Positions 7,275 through 17,209 of a DNA stretch of 38,264 nucleotides are shown piece by piece. Within the stretch, counting starts at the first letter, position 1, and each line of letters begins with the position of its first letter. The stretch lies in IMG/VR virus record IMGVR_UViG_3300045988_016904; one strand, 5' to 3'. The DNA is from a virus. The notes under the pieces were generated by a model that was not told where the DNA came from, made no database searches, and was given only the letters and a program-made list of their open reading frames with translations. A program made the translations under genes and the position numbers.

Positions 7275-8165
7275 ATGGCAAATACGATTCTTACCCCCGA
7301 CATTATCGCCCGTGAAGCCCTTATGGTGCTGCGGAACAACGCAGTTATGGCAAATCTGGTACACCGCGACTATTCCAGCGAGTTTGTCACCGGTGTGGGC
7401 GATACCATCACCATTCGCAAGCCCGCAACCTTTACGGCAAAGGAGTTTGCCGGAACTATTTCGGTGCAGGATGCTACCGAAAACAGCGTTACCGTGAAAA
7501 TGGATAAGTTCCTTGATGTATCTTTCGCAGTCACCGCAAAGGAGCTGACGATGGATATTGCGAGCTTCTCCACGCAGTTCATTGTTCCCGCTATGCAGGC
7601 GTTCGCCGATAAGGTTGACGGTTATCTGCTTGGCCTTGCATCCGGTATCACCAACAAGGTGACGGCGACCACCGATATCAAGAACGACGTGATTGACGCG
7701 CGGGCATACCTCACCAAGTCTGCAACCCCGCTGACCGAGCGCCGGTTTGTGTACAACACCGATACCGAAACGAAGCTGCTGAAAACCGACCTGTTCATCA
7801 GCGCCGAGAAGGTGGGCGATGCGGGTACTGCGCTGCGTGAAGCGTCTCTTGGCCGGAAGTTCGGCATGGACTTCTACGTTGACCAGAACGCGGACACTGC
7901 GGGCGTTCTGGGACTGGCTTTCCACAAAAACGCTTTCGCATTCGTTACCCGGCCTCTGGCTCTGCCGCAGGGCGCGGCAAATGCAGCGATTGTGAACTAC
8001 GACGGTTTCGGCCTCCGCGTGGTGCAGGACTACAACATCACCACCAAAACCGATACCATTTCCATTGATATGATTTGCGGCGTGAAGACCCTGAACAAGG
8101 ATATGGCCGCGATCATTGCGGCGGCTGCCTCCAACCCCGGCGGCGGCACAAGTCAGGGGGGTTAA
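7275..8165 (+). CDS. major capsid protein
   Basis: 296 aa. N-terminal motif ILTPDIIAREALMVLRNNAVMANLVHRDYS is typical of a siphovirus coat family. Position also fits. Confidence 0.85.
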   Translation: MANTILTPDIIAREALMVLRNNAVMANLVHRDYSSEFVTGVGDTITIRKPATFTAKEFAGTISVQDATENSVTVKMDKFLDVSFAVTAKELTMDIASFSTQFIVPAMQAFADKVDGYLLGLASGITNKVTATTDIKNDVIDARAYLTKSATPLTERRFVYNTDTETKLLKTDLFISAEKVGDAGTALREASLGRKFGMDFYVDQNADTAGVLGLAFHKNAFAFVTRPLALPQGAANAAIVNYDGFGLRVVQDYNITTKTDTISIDMICGVKTLNKDMAAIIAAAASNPGGGTSQGG

Positions 8166-8179
8166 CCGGCTATAGCTCA

Positions 8180-8341
8180 ATGGCAAGCTATACGCAGGAG
8201 AGCCTTGAAAAACTGACAATACCGGAGATCAAGGCTCTTTCTGCGAAGCTGGGCTATAGCATCACAAAGGCCAAGAAAGCAGATATCACAGCAGAATTTT
8301 TGGAGCAGCAGGAGGCGGCGGCCAATGTATATCACGTTTGA
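8180..8341 (+). CDS. small HeH/SAP-like (Rho N-terminal-like) domain protein
   Basis: LTIPEIKALSAKLGYSITKAKKADI motif. Uses an internal ATG of ORF 8075..8341. Confidence 0.55.
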   Translation: MASYTQESLEKLTIPEIKALSAKLGYSITKAKKADITAEFLEQQEAAANVYHV

Positions 8342-8816
8342 GGATTATATACGGTGGTACTCCCCGATTGATGAAAACATCTATGAGCGGCTGGCAATAG
8401 AGGCTTGCCGTACAATGGATAAATATACAACGGGCATTGATAGCGTGCGGAAGCTGAAAACGGCGTTCCCCGTGGACGAGGATTCAGCCTATGCCGTGAA
8501 ATTTACCGCTGCTCAGCTGGTGAATACGCTGTACCAAATCTATGAGGCGGAACAGGCCGCCAACATGAGCAGAGGGTACATTGAAACCGAAAACGGATTG
8601 CAGCGGAAAATCATTTCCCGCGTGGAAGCCGGTAACGAGGCGATATCTTACATGGAGGGGCAGGGCAACACAACGGCAATAGATGTTGCTGTGAAGGATA
8701 CCGCCGCTAAGCGGAAAATGCTTTTCGATATCGTTCGCGACGGCCTGTCCGGCGTGGAGGACGCAAACGGCGTGAATCTTCTGTACATGGGCGTATACCC
8801 CGGAGGCTGCTTATGA
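8325..8816 (+). CDS. head-tail connector/adaptor protein (putative)
   Basis: Call is from position after the capsid gene and from size. Start overlaps the upstream gene. Confidence 0.55.
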   Translation: MYITFEDYIRWYSPIDENIYERLAIEACRTMDKYTTGIDSVRKLKTAFPVDEDSAYAVKFTAAQLVNTLYQIYEAEQAANMSRGYIETENGLQRKIISRVEAGNEAISYMEGQGNTTAIDVAVKDTAAKRKMLFDIVRDGLSGVEDANGVNLLYMGVYPGGCL

Positions 8817-9184
8817 ATACGGTTGCAAGAAAAATTTCGGTGCTTGGCACAGACTACATCATTCGGTTCGTGGAGCATGGGCAGGATGAATACATGGATA
8901 AAAACGGCTTTGCCGGATACTGCGACGCTGCGGCGCATGAAATCATTATTCTTCTGCTGAAAACTCACGACGAGTGGAAGGATGAACCGGAAGCGGCCAT
9001 TGATTTCAATCAGAAATGCACTCTTCGGCATGAGATTACACATGCCTTTCTTAATGAAAGCGGTTTGCAGTGGAATTCTCTTACCACAGATCAGGCATGG
9101 GCAAAGAACGAAGAAATGGTTGATTGGTTCGCCATTCAATCGCCAAAAATCTTCCGGCTGTTTCAAGAAATCGAGGCGCTGTGA
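8813..9184 (+). CDS. small HExxH (SprT/zincin-like) protein in the connector module
   Basis: TLRHEITHAF motif preceded by GYCDAAAHEIIIL. Confidence 0.55.
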   Translation: MNTVARKISVLGTDYIIRFVEHGQDEYMDKNGFAGYCDAAAHEIIILLLKTHDEWKDEPEAAIDFNQKCTLRHEITHAFLNESGLQWNSLTTDQAWAKNEEMVDWFAIQSPKIFRLFQEIEAL

Positions 9185-9624
9185 TGTACAAAAACACCGT
9201 TACCGTATTCAATCGCAAGCCCGGAGACCGTGGGAAAGGTGCTACGTGGTACCCCACCATCATTGAGAATTGCAATCTTAATGTAGATCGTGCCGCAATC
9301 CTTGCCAAGTATGGCGCGGAATCGAAAGATAGCGCATACGTAGGAATTCATTACCAGAAAAAAGATGGTGTAATCGATATCGCAGGGAAACGCCTGTTGG
9401 AGCCTAAAGAATGGGATGGAAACGAAGATTCCATTACGTTCAGCCCCACAGGCGATTTTTTCTGGAATGGTGAATGGGATGGCGGCATTGTGGCGGATTC
9501 CGACGAACGTTGGACGGATGAAGGATTCTACGCCTACATGAACCGCACGAAGGATAACGTATTCACAATTTCGTCTGTCTCCCGGCACTCCGTTATTCCG
9601 CTGGTTGAGGTATGGGGGAAATAA
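9184..9624 (+). CDS. head-tail joining / head closure protein (putative)
   Basis: TGATG-type overlap with the upstream gene. Call is positional. Confidence 0.5.
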   Translation: MYKNTVTVFNRKPGDRGKGATWYPTIIENCNLNVDRAAILAKYGAESKDSAYVGIHYQKKDGVIDIAGKRLLEPKEWDGNEDSITFSPTGDFFWNGEWDGGIVADSDERWTDEGFYAYMNRTKDNVFTISSVSRHSVIPLVEVWGK

Positions 9625-9625
9625 T

Positions 9626-10069
9626 ATGGCGCAGAAAATACACCACTTCAAGGGCTTCTCCATCATCGTGGATGGCGTGGACATTAAGGTGGATATGAGC
9701 CGGTTGGAGGGCAATTTTAACCGTGCGCAGTTCGCCCTTGATAGCGCCATTATGACTTCTATGGTTCCCTTTATGCCAATGCTGACGGGGCAATTCATCA
9801 ACGAAACAAAGGCCGCGTCTGCTGCTATCGCCGGTTCTGGGCAGGTGGTGGCGGGCGTAGCTCCTACCGGGCAATTTCTGTATGAAGGAAACGTGATGGT
9901 TGGTGAAAAATCCCGCTCTGCATGGGCTAAAAAGGGTGAAAAGAAGGTATCCACAGGAAAGAGCCTGACCTATTCAAACGGCAGGACTAGTCAATGGTTT
10001 GACAAGGCCAAAAGTAAAGACTGTGACAAGTGGGTAGAGCTGGTGAAAAAGGAGGTCGGCACTGGATAA
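9626..10069 (+). CDS. HK97 gp10-like tail completion / minor capsid-type protein (putative)
   Basis: Call is from position and size only. Confidence 0.5.
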   Translation: MAQKIHHFKGFSIIVDGVDIKVDMSRLEGNFNRAQFALDSAIMTSMVPFMPMLTGQFINETKAASAAIAGSGQVVAGVAPTGQFLYEGNVMVGEKSRSAWAKKGEKKVSTGKSLTYSNGRTSQWFDKAKSKDCDKWVELVKKEVGTG

Positions 10070-10569
10070 TGGACACACCGAAACCGATAAGCGTTGACGG
10101 CGAAGGATTTGAAATCCTGAAAGATGCCGTTGTAAAGCTGCTAAACCAATACCCCGGTCTGAATGGGCGGGTCATTTCTCGAAGTGACTTGTCTGAGGAC
10201 GGGGGTATTTCTATGGAGCCGGAAAGCGGTACGCTGGTGTACTCCGAGAAATCCGATATTGTCGGCAACATCCGGCAGGAATGCCAGTTCCCATTTTACG
10301 TGGTGTACCGCACCGATGCTACCAGCGAGTACGTGAAAGCCGGGACAAACGACTTCCTTGATAAGCTGGGCGCTTGGGCGTGCCGCGAGCCGGTGACGAT
10401 AGGCGGCAAGCTGTACCAGCTGGAAGCATATCCACCCCTTACCGGAAGCCGGAAAATCACAAAGGCCGTGCGCTTCAACTCCTATGCGCTCGAACCAAAC
10501 GAAAACAAAACGCAGGATTGGCTAATCCCAATCACTGTGAACTACACACACGAATTTACAAGGCGGTAA
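10069..10569 (+). CDS. tail terminator-like protein (putative)
   Basis: TAATG overlap. Sits immediately upstream of the major tail protein gene. Confidence 0.45.
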   Translation: MDTPKPISVDGEGFEILKDAVVKLLNQYPGLNGRVISRSDLSEDGGISMEPESGTLVYSEKSDIVGNIRQECQFPFYVVYRTDATSEYVKAGTNDFLDKLGAWACREPVTIGGKLYQLEAYPPLTGSRKITKAVRFNSYALEPNENKTQDWLIPITVNYTHEFTRR

Positions 10570-10589
10570 ATCCGCAGAAAGGAAAAAAT

Positions 10590-11126
10590 ATGGCTGATAA
10601 TCTGAGCTTTAATGTTGCCGATGGCGTTACCATTGCGCGTGAAACGCTGATTGCGAATCTGAACGTTGGCACTTCTACTGCTCCCGAGTGGGCGCCCGTC
10701 GGTATCCGCGTTTACAGCGGGCAGGAGGACTTCGACTGGCAGCGCGAAACCAATCAGGATATCATCGGCAACGCCTATTCCAGCATGAAAAAGCCCATCA
10801 TTACCCAGAGCTTTGACGGATGGGAAATCTCTGGCGGCGACAAGGCCGCTATCCAGATCTGGAATCAGGGCGTGAGAGACCAGAACCCGCAGGCAATGTC
10901 CAACAATGATATGCTGATTGTACATAAGTACGTGTACAGCGACGGCACCACGAAGTTCTTTGCAGAGCGTTACAAGGCGTGCGCCGTGGAAATCAGCAGT
11001 CTGGGCGGCGATGGCGGCGGCAATCTCACCATGCCTATCAATGTCACCTACGGCGGCGAACGGACTATTGGTTCCGTTTCGGTTGCGGACGGAGCGTTTA
11101 CTTTTACGGCTGATGGTACGGTGTAA
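10590..11126 (+). CDS. major tail protein
   Basis: 178 aa, between the connector genes and the chaperone/tape-measure genes. Confidence 0.7.
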   Translation: MADNLSFNVADGVTIARETLIANLNVGTSTAPEWAPVGIRVYSGQEDFDWQRETNQDIIGNAYSSMKKPIITQSFDGWEISGGDKAAIQIWNQGVRDQNPQAMSNNDMLIVHKYVYSDGTTKFFAERYKACAVEISSLGGDGGGNLTMPINVTYGGERTIGSVSVADGAFTFTADGTV

Positions 11127-11692
11127 TGGCCGCGTATGATCTCCCCACCTCCCTGCTTGTCGGGGAGGTGGCTTACCCCATTAACTACGGGTGGAAAAAT
11201 GCTATTGCCGCACTAGCTGAGCTGAGCGACCCCGAAAAAGGGAGAGCGGAAAAAGTCACAAACATGGTGTGCCGCATATTCCCTCAGTGGGCGCGGATTC
11301 CGTCAGCGGATATCCCGGAAGCGATAGAAAAGGCACGGTGGTTTCTGGATTGCGGCAGAGAACCGGACGGGAAGATTCGGCCTAAACTGATGGACTGGGA
11401 GCAGGACGCGGATATCATCATTCCGGCGCTAAATCAGGTGTCCGGGCAGGAAATCCGACTGTCCCCGGATATCCACTGGTGGACGGTGTACGGATGGTTC
11501 ATGAGCATTGATAAAGGCTTGTTCTGCACGGTGCTGAGAATCCGGAACAAACTTTCCACAGGCGAAAAGCTGGATAAATCCGAGAAGAAATTCTACCGCG
11601 AGAACCGGAAGCTTGTGGAGCTGAAAAACAAGGATACCGACGCAGTGCGGCAGGCACGGGAAGAAATCAAAGGCTTGTTAGGTGGTGGCTAA
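11126..11692 (+). CDS. tail assembly chaperone (Gp15-like)
   Basis: Sits directly upstream of the tape measure gene. No -1 extension ORF was seen. Confidence 0.6.
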   Translation: MAAYDLPTSLLVGEVAYPINYGWKNAIAALAELSDPEKGRAEKVTNMVCRIFPQWARIPSADIPEAIEKARWFLDCGREPDGKIRPKLMDWEQDADIIIPALNQVSGQEIRLSPDIHWWTVYGWFMSIDKGLFCTVLRIRNKLSTGEKLDKSEKKFYRENRKLVELKNKDTDAVRQAREEIKGLLGGG

Positions 11693-14600
11693 ATGGCTGA
11701 CGGACAGATTTTAATTGATTCTAAGCTTGATACGAAAGGCGTACAAAAAGGCGCTGACGAGATACAGGGGCTTTTTATCAAGACGGCGGAAACAGCAGCA
11801 AAGGCCGCCAACAACATTGAAAAAGCGTTTAAGAATACAAATTACAAGGACGCGTTTGAGAAGCTGCCAGCAAGCTATCAATCCGCATATGCCAAAATCG
11901 AAACGATTCGTGCAAACGATTCCCTGAGTGAGAAGCAACGGGCAAAGCAGATTGCTCAGGTGTATGAGGAACTGGGCTACGATCAGGAATCCGCAATGGA
12001 ACGCGCATGGGATGCGATTCAGTCCGATGCGGAAACCGGCTCACACCATATCATTGAAAACCTCTATGAGATTCAGGATGCGGCAGAAAAAACCGGAGAG
12101 GAAACCGAAAAATCCGGGGAAAAGGCCAAAGGTGCCGGAGACGCCTTCAAGGATATGTTCAAGGCGCACTTATCCGCCGAAGCCCTTATCGGTACGCTGA
12201 AAGCCATTGCAAGAGAGCTTGTAGAGCTTGGCAAACAGGCCGTTGCAGCGGCGGCAGACGTGGCCGCCTCTAATGCCCAGTTTGAGCAGACTTTTTCTGG
12301 CGTTGAGAAGGAAGCCAGAAAATCCCTGAATTCCATTTCCAAGGAAACCGGCATTACCGCAACGCGAATGCAAGGCTCCTTTACAAAGATTTTTGCTTTT
12401 ACGAAATCGGCCGGCGGCGATACGGAATCCGCTATGGATATTGCGTCCCGTGCGCTTCGAGCGGCTGCGGATAGCGCGGCGTACTACGATAGATCGGTAG
12501 AGGAAACTACAGAATCTTTGCTATCTTTCCTAAAGGGCAACTACGCTAATGATGCCGCTCTGGGAATTGCCGCCACGGAAACCACGCGAAACACCGCCGC
12601 AAACAAGAAGTATGCGAAATCTTTCCAAGAGCTTTCCGAAGCGCAGAAAGTCGATGTACTGCTTTCCATGGTGGAGGCTGGCAACGAAGCATCCGGCGCA
12701 ATCGGGCAGGCGGCGCGAGAGGCTGAGCAGTGGACGAACGTTACCGGCGAGCTTTCCGAGGCGTGGAAGCAGTTCCTAGCAAAAATCGGCACTCCAATTC
12801 TGGAAGGGCTTACCCCCATTATTCAGGGAATCACTAGCGCATTGCAAAGAATGTCTGAAACGGCCGCCTCCGCAGATCTTGCGGGCGACATGAAGGACTT
12901 CACCGATGCGGTGGATGCGGCAAACACCGAATATGAGGAATCCGAGCAGCTGATAGAGCATAACGCAATCAAGGCGGATTTGCTCAAGCAGAGGCTCGAA
13001 GAACTCGCCCCGCAAGTATCAACGTCGGCGGATGCCGCGAGGGAGTATGCAACCGTCGTTAATTTATTGAACGATATATACCCTGAGTTAAATTTACAAA
13101 TTGACGAGCAAACCGGACTGATTACCGCAAATAGCGATGCGCTTTTGGACAATCTGGATGTAATGAAGCAGCGGGCGCTTGTTGCGGCCAAGGAAAAGCG
13201 GTATTCCGCTATTCTGGAAGCGCAGGCGAAAGCCATGCTAGACGTTCAAGAGGCACAGTACGCCCTTGATTCCGCAACATATGATTATAAATCCACCCAG
13301 ACGCAGTTACAAAATGCGCTTGGAGTGACCACCGAGAAATTAGATGAGTTGGCCAGCATATATGAGACGTCAGGGTGGAATCAAGTTGCGCTTAGTGAGG
13401 AAAACCGAGAACTTCTAGCAACATATTCTGAACTTAGACGGGAAATACCGGCACTAACTCAAGAAATTGAAGGCGGGAACAATGCCATTGCCGCGCAAGA
13501 AACGGAACTTACCGAGCTAAGAAAAGCATTTGGCGATACCTCAGAGGGCGCAGGCCAGCTAACGGACGCTGAAAAAGAAGCCACCGAAGCCACAAGCGAA
13601 CTTACCGAGGAACAAAAAGCACTTGCCGAAGAATTCCAGAATGCTAAAGAATCGGCGGCAGATTCTTTGAATTCCACAACGGGATTATTCGAGAAGATGG
13701 GCAGCGTCAGCGCCACCTCCATTGCAAGCATCACCCAAAATCTGAACAATAACGCCACGGCTATTTCCACATACCACGAAAACTTACAGAAAGCCGTGGA
13801 TATGGGATATGCGGAGGAAGCTATTCGGCAGTGGGCGGACGGTTCCAAGGAATCTATGGAGATTGTTGCTGGTGCTGTGAAAGGTACGCAGGCGGATGTT
13901 GAAAACTTTAATGCTGCGTGGAGCAATTACACTTCGCAGAAAGACGTTGCATCTAGCACAATGGCGAGTATCGAAACTGGAATTGTTAACGTTGGCAACT
14001 CCGCTTCTGATTCTGGCGCGAAGATTACCGGCGAATTCGTGAACCCCACCACCGAAGGAATGGAATCAGTCCAGAAAGCCACTGAGGACATGGCCACCAC
14101 TGGCGCGGAGACGTTGAAAAGCAAGTGGGAAGGTGTAGGAAAATGGTTTGAGACTAACGTTGAATCGCCGCTCAAAACATCGATAGAAAATATCGGTACT
14201 ACGGTATCCGATACTCTTACCGCTATGCAATCGGACATAGAAAATATCGGTACTACGTTATCCGATACTCTTACCACTATGCAATCGGACAGCGAAACGG
14301 CGTGGAAAAATATGTACACAGAGGTTGAAAAGTATATTAATCAGATGCAATCCAAGATTAACAGTTTGCAGGGGAAGACATTCACCGTTACCATCAAAAA
14401 CGGCGCAAGCCCACGATCCGCTGTATCTGGAAACCCCGCCGCAGTTTCCCCGCAAGCTCTGTTTAGTTCGGATGCGGCTATGGGCATTCCCTACCTTGCA
14501 TCTGGTGCGGTAATTCCTCCAAACGCTCCGTTTATGGCCGTTCTTGGCGATCAGCGGAACGGCACGAATTTGGAAGCCCCCGAGGATTTACTCCGAAAAA

Positions 14601-14749
14601 TCGTGCGTGAGGAAATCGGAGAAATCAACATCACCACGGAGGTGAACTTCGAGGGAACTCTTGCGCAGTTCGTCCGCGCGTTGTATCCGGAGATCAAATC
14701 AGAAGCGCAGCGGCGCGGGACAAGCCTTGCTAAAGAGGTGATTATGTGA
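11693..14749 (+). CDS. tape measure protein
   Basis: 1018 aa, Ala/Glu-rich helical composition, position fits. Confidence 0.9.
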   Translation: MADGQILIDSKLDTKGVQKGADEIQGLFIKTAETAAKAANNIEKAFKNTNYKDAFEKLPASYQSAYAKIETIRANDSLSEKQRAKQIAQVYEELGYDQESAMERAWDAIQSDAETGSHHIIENLYEIQDAAEKTGEETEKSGEKAKGAGDAFKDMFKAHLSAEALIGTLKAIARELVELGKQAVAAAADVAASNAQFEQTFSGVEKEARKSLNSISKETGITATRMQGSFTKIFAFTKSAGGDTESAMDIASRALRAAADSAAYYDRSVEETTESLLSFLKGNYANDAALGIAATETTRNTAANKKYAKSFQELSEAQKVDVLLSMVEAGNEASGAIGQAAREAEQWTNVTGELSEAWKQFLAKIGTPILEGLTPIIQGITSALQRMSETAASADLAGDMKDFTDAVDAANTEYEESEQLIEHNAIKADLLKQRLEELAPQVSTSADAAREYATVVNLLNDIYPELNLQIDEQTGLITANSDALLDNLDVMKQRALVAAKEKRYSAILEAQAKAMLDVQEAQYALDSATYDYKSTQTQLQNALGVTTEKLDELASIYETSGWNQVALSEENRELLATYSELRREIPALTQEIEGGNNAIAAQETELTELRKAFGDTSEGAGQLTDAEKEATEATSELTEEQKALAEEFQNAKESAADSLNSTTGLFEKMGSVSATSIASITQNLNNNATAISTYHENLQKAVDMGYAEEAIRQWADGSKESMEIVAGAVKGTQADVENFNAAWSNYTSQKDVASSTMASIETGIVNVGNSASDSGAKITGEFVNPTTEGMESVQKATEDMATTGAETLKSKWEGVGKWFETNVESPLKTSIENIGTTVSDTLTAMQSDIENIGTTLSDTLTTMQSDSETAWKNMYTEVEKYINQMQSKINSLQGKTFTVTIKNGASPRSAVSGNPAAVSPQALFSSDAAMGIPYLASGAVIPPNAPFMAVLGDQRNGTNLEAPEDLLRKIVREEIGEINITTEVNFEGTLAQFVRALYPEIKSEAQRRGTSLAKEVIM
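14183..14290 (+). repeat. 54-bp tandem duplication inside the tape measure gene (IENIGTTxSDTLTxMQSD x2)
   Basis: Units at 14183..14236 and 14237..14290 differ at 3 positions. Confidence 0.9.
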
Positions 14750-15129
14750 TTGTTCAATTTCTTCTCGATGGCGTGGAATACAATGTTTCCGTGCTATCGC
14801 TGAGCCGTTCTTTCTCCATAAAGGATGCCATTGCAGCAAGCACTACGCAGGATGGGAACATCTACCGCGACCCAATCGGCACGTACTACAATTACACAAT
14901 GGTGGTAGCTGATAAAGGCGATATGGCGGCGCTGGACGCTTTCTGGGAGGCGATAAGCCAACCGGTAGCGTCTCATGTATGCGTATTTCCCTACAACCAG
15001 CAGACGCTTACACAAAGGATGTACGTCACTGCTGGGACTCAGCCTATCCGGCGGCTGCACAGCAACGGCGTGGAGTGGGGAGAAATCAAGATCAACTTTA
15101 CGGCGCAAGCCCCGAAGGTACTTGTATGA
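14746..15129 (+). CDS. distal tail protein-like (putative)
   Basis: Sits after the tape measure gene and overlaps both neighbours. Confidence 0.5.
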   Translation: MIVQFLLDGVEYNVSVLSLSRSFSIKDAIAASTTQDGNIYRDPIGTYYNYTMVVADKGDMAALDAFWEAISQPVASHVCVFPYNQQTLTQRMYVTAGTQPIRRLHSNGVEWGEIKINFTAQAPKVLV

Positions 15130-16793
15130 GCTTAGAAATAAACTACATTGATGCGCCTGAGGGCGCGCAGGAAAAAATGATAGCGGAAAGCACCGGGGGA
15201 AATGCGTTTTCCTCCGATGCGCTCATAGCATCCGGCGGCAAAAGCAAGGCATACGCCACGTTAGAGCCGGGACTGTGGAGGCTGGACGGGACTAGAAAAC
15301 TGTTGCCGGATGACCCACACCCCGGCTGGTGGAGCGTGGCACGTTCCGGCGAGAATGGGCAATTTGAAAGCCCCCCTGTAATCACCATTACATTTCCGGT
15401 GCCGTACAGTTCTACGGGCTTTACATTCACATTTTCTCCCGCCACGGAACAGTGGTGCAGTGAGATTCATGTATCGTGGTATAACGGGCAAACGCTTATC
15501 GTGAATCAGGATTATTCCCCGGATAGCGCAAACTGGACTTTGCTGGAAACAGTGGAAAGCTTCGATAAAATCGTAATCACCCTGAAAAAAACAAACCACC
15601 CCGGCCAATTTGCCAAGATTCAAAGAATTGAAGTTGGCCGGACAATTTTACTTGGGGCGAATGAAATAAAGTCTGTGCGGCTTGTGAATGAAATCGACCC
15701 CTCCATCTGTGAACTCACGGTGGATACAATGTCGGTGAACATTTACGACCCGCAGAACAGGAGCTTTTTACCGCAGGAGAACCAGCGAGTGGAGCTGTAC
15801 AAGGATGGGAAACTGAGAGCTACCCAGTATATCAAATCCAGCACACGAAAAGCGGAATCCAATTACACCATTGAGGCACAGTCTGCAATCGGCTTGTTGG
15901 CGGATGAATTTCTTGGCGGGATGTATTACCAGCGGCCACTTTCCGAAATGGTGGCCGATATCCTGAGCAACTGGGAATTTGAAATTGCCCCGGAGTTTGC
16001 AACCTCTACCGTCACCGGGTATCTGCCTGTATGCTCCCAGAGAGAAGCGCTACAGCGTGTAGCGTTTTCTGTGGGAGCTCTTGTATCCACGCAGGATTCC
16101 ACAAAAATACGGCTGTTGCCCATCCCGTCCGCCGTTACGCAGAGGTTTCGGGAATCGGAAATCCTTCTTGGCGGCAACGTGCGAACCGCGCCGAGATATG
16201 CCCGGGTGGAAGTGATAGCCCACACATACACCCAGCAGGATGTAACGGAAACGCTGATGAACGAGGAAGAAGTAAACGGAGAGAATGTGCTTTTCACCTT
16301 TTCTGCTCCCCATTACGATTACGTGATTGAGGGCGGAGAAATCACTGGTTCCGACGTGAATTGGGTGAAGATAACGGCCAGCGGAACGGTAAAACTCACA
16401 GCGAAAACGTACCTGCACACTACTCGGACGTTCACGAAATTAAATCCGGAAGCGACGGCGAAGGAACGCGGCAATTATGCCTCCGTATCGGAATGCACCC
16501 TTATTCACAACGGCAATGCTCTAGAGGCCGCTGAACGCCTATATTCGGCCAAACAGCGGCGGCAGACAGCAACTCAAAAGGTGGTTATTTCGGGGCAGGA
16601 AGCGGGAGATATAGCCTCAAGCCTTACACCATGGGGCACAATTACGCGCGGCTTTATATCTTCCATGGATAGCACACTGACGCAAAACGGGCACACCGCG
16701 TCTATCCAGATTCAGGGTATTGAAGTAACGCTTGAATCGGTGTGGCCGTATTCCGGCGAGATTTATTCTGGTGGAATGGAGGTGCTCTATTGA
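15126..16793 (+). CDS. tail-associated baseplate / Tal-like protein
   Basis: 555 aa from an internal ATG with an ATGA overlap. Call is positional. Confidence 0.6.
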   Translation: MSLEINYIDAPEGAQEKMIAESTGGNAFSSDALIASGGKSKAYATLEPGLWRLDGTRKLLPDDPHPGWWSVARSGENGQFESPPVITITFPVPYSSTGFTFTFSPATEQWCSEIHVSWYNGQTLIVNQDYSPDSANWTLLETVESFDKIVITLKKTNHPGQFAKIQRIEVGRTILLGANEIKSVRLVNEIDPSICELTVDTMSVNIYDPQNRSFLPQENQRVELYKDGKLRATQYIKSSTRKAESNYTIEAQSAIGLLADEFLGGMYYQRPLSEMVADILSNWEFEIAPEFATSTVTGYLPVCSQREALQRVAFSVGALVSTQDSTKIRLLPIPSAVTQRFRESEILLGGNVRTAPRYARVEVIAHTYTQQDVTETLMNEEEVNGENVLFTFSAPHYDYVIEGGEITGSDVNWVKITASGTVKLTAKTYLHTTRTFTKLNPEATAKERGNYASVSECTLIHNGNALEAAERLYSAKQRRQTATQKVVISGQEAGDIASSLTPWGTITRGFISSMDSTLTQNGHTASIQIQGIEVTLESVWPYSGEIYSGGMEVLY

Positions 16794-17209
16794 TGGCGCT
16801 GGTAACAGATAGAACGGAATTGGATACTTTGCTGGGCAACGAAAAAGGACTGTACAGCTACACGGACTTGAACCGTGTGGAAACGGCAGTTTCGGAAATA
16901 GTGGAGCAATTCCCGTCTTTGGGCGTTTCCGAGCAGTTAACGGTAAAAACGGACTGGGGATTGCCGGGGGACTTCTCCGCCGCAGAATGGCCGGTAGTGT
17001 CCCAGATGGCGCGATATCTGGGTAACGTGGCAAAGATAAAGAGCATTTTTATTATTTCAAACGCCCTGCCGAATACGATGGATAACCTCACATGGCATGG
17101 AGCAAACAGCATTGAAAAAGTTTTGGAAATCGCGGTTTCCAGAATCGCGGGAATTAAGCAAACTTATCGTTACAGCGGTGAAATATACGCTGGGGAAGGA
17201 GCCTTATGA
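16793..17209 (+). CDS. tail-associated hypothetical protein
   Basis: TGATG-type overlap, within the tail tip module. Confidence 0.5.
   Translation: MALVTDRTELDTLLGNEKGLYSYTDLNRVETAVSEIVEQFPSLGVSEQLTVKTDWGLPGDFSAAEWPVVSQMARYLGNVAKIKSIFIISNALPNTMDNLTWHGANSIEKVLEIAVSRIAGIKQTYRYSGEIYAGEGAL

Noticed and set aside
7269-8219. 316-aa ORF antisense to the major capsid gene. Similar long antisense ORFs occur at 9163..9954, 19406..20233, 20086..20946, 21335..22024, 27361..28221, 29627..30547, 31416..32078, 34123..34767 and 37233..37895.
   Set aside because: Each lies opposite a recognisable or well-supported gene. They have Arg/Gly/Pro/Ser-rich junk-like composition, no RBS and no motifs. These are typical shadow ORFs of GC-rich coding sequence.
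11126-11692. Expected -1 programmed frameshift (G/GT-type) in the tail assembly chaperone gene.
   Set aside because: No overlapping -1 frame extension ORF and no obvious slippery heptamer were found. The gene abuts the tape measure start directly.
14183-14290. Tandem repeats checked as a possible CRISPR array or DGR variable/template repeat pair.
   Set aside because: There are only two adjacent in-frame copies inside the tape measure gene, with no spacers. No cas genes or reverse transcriptase occur anywhere in the window.
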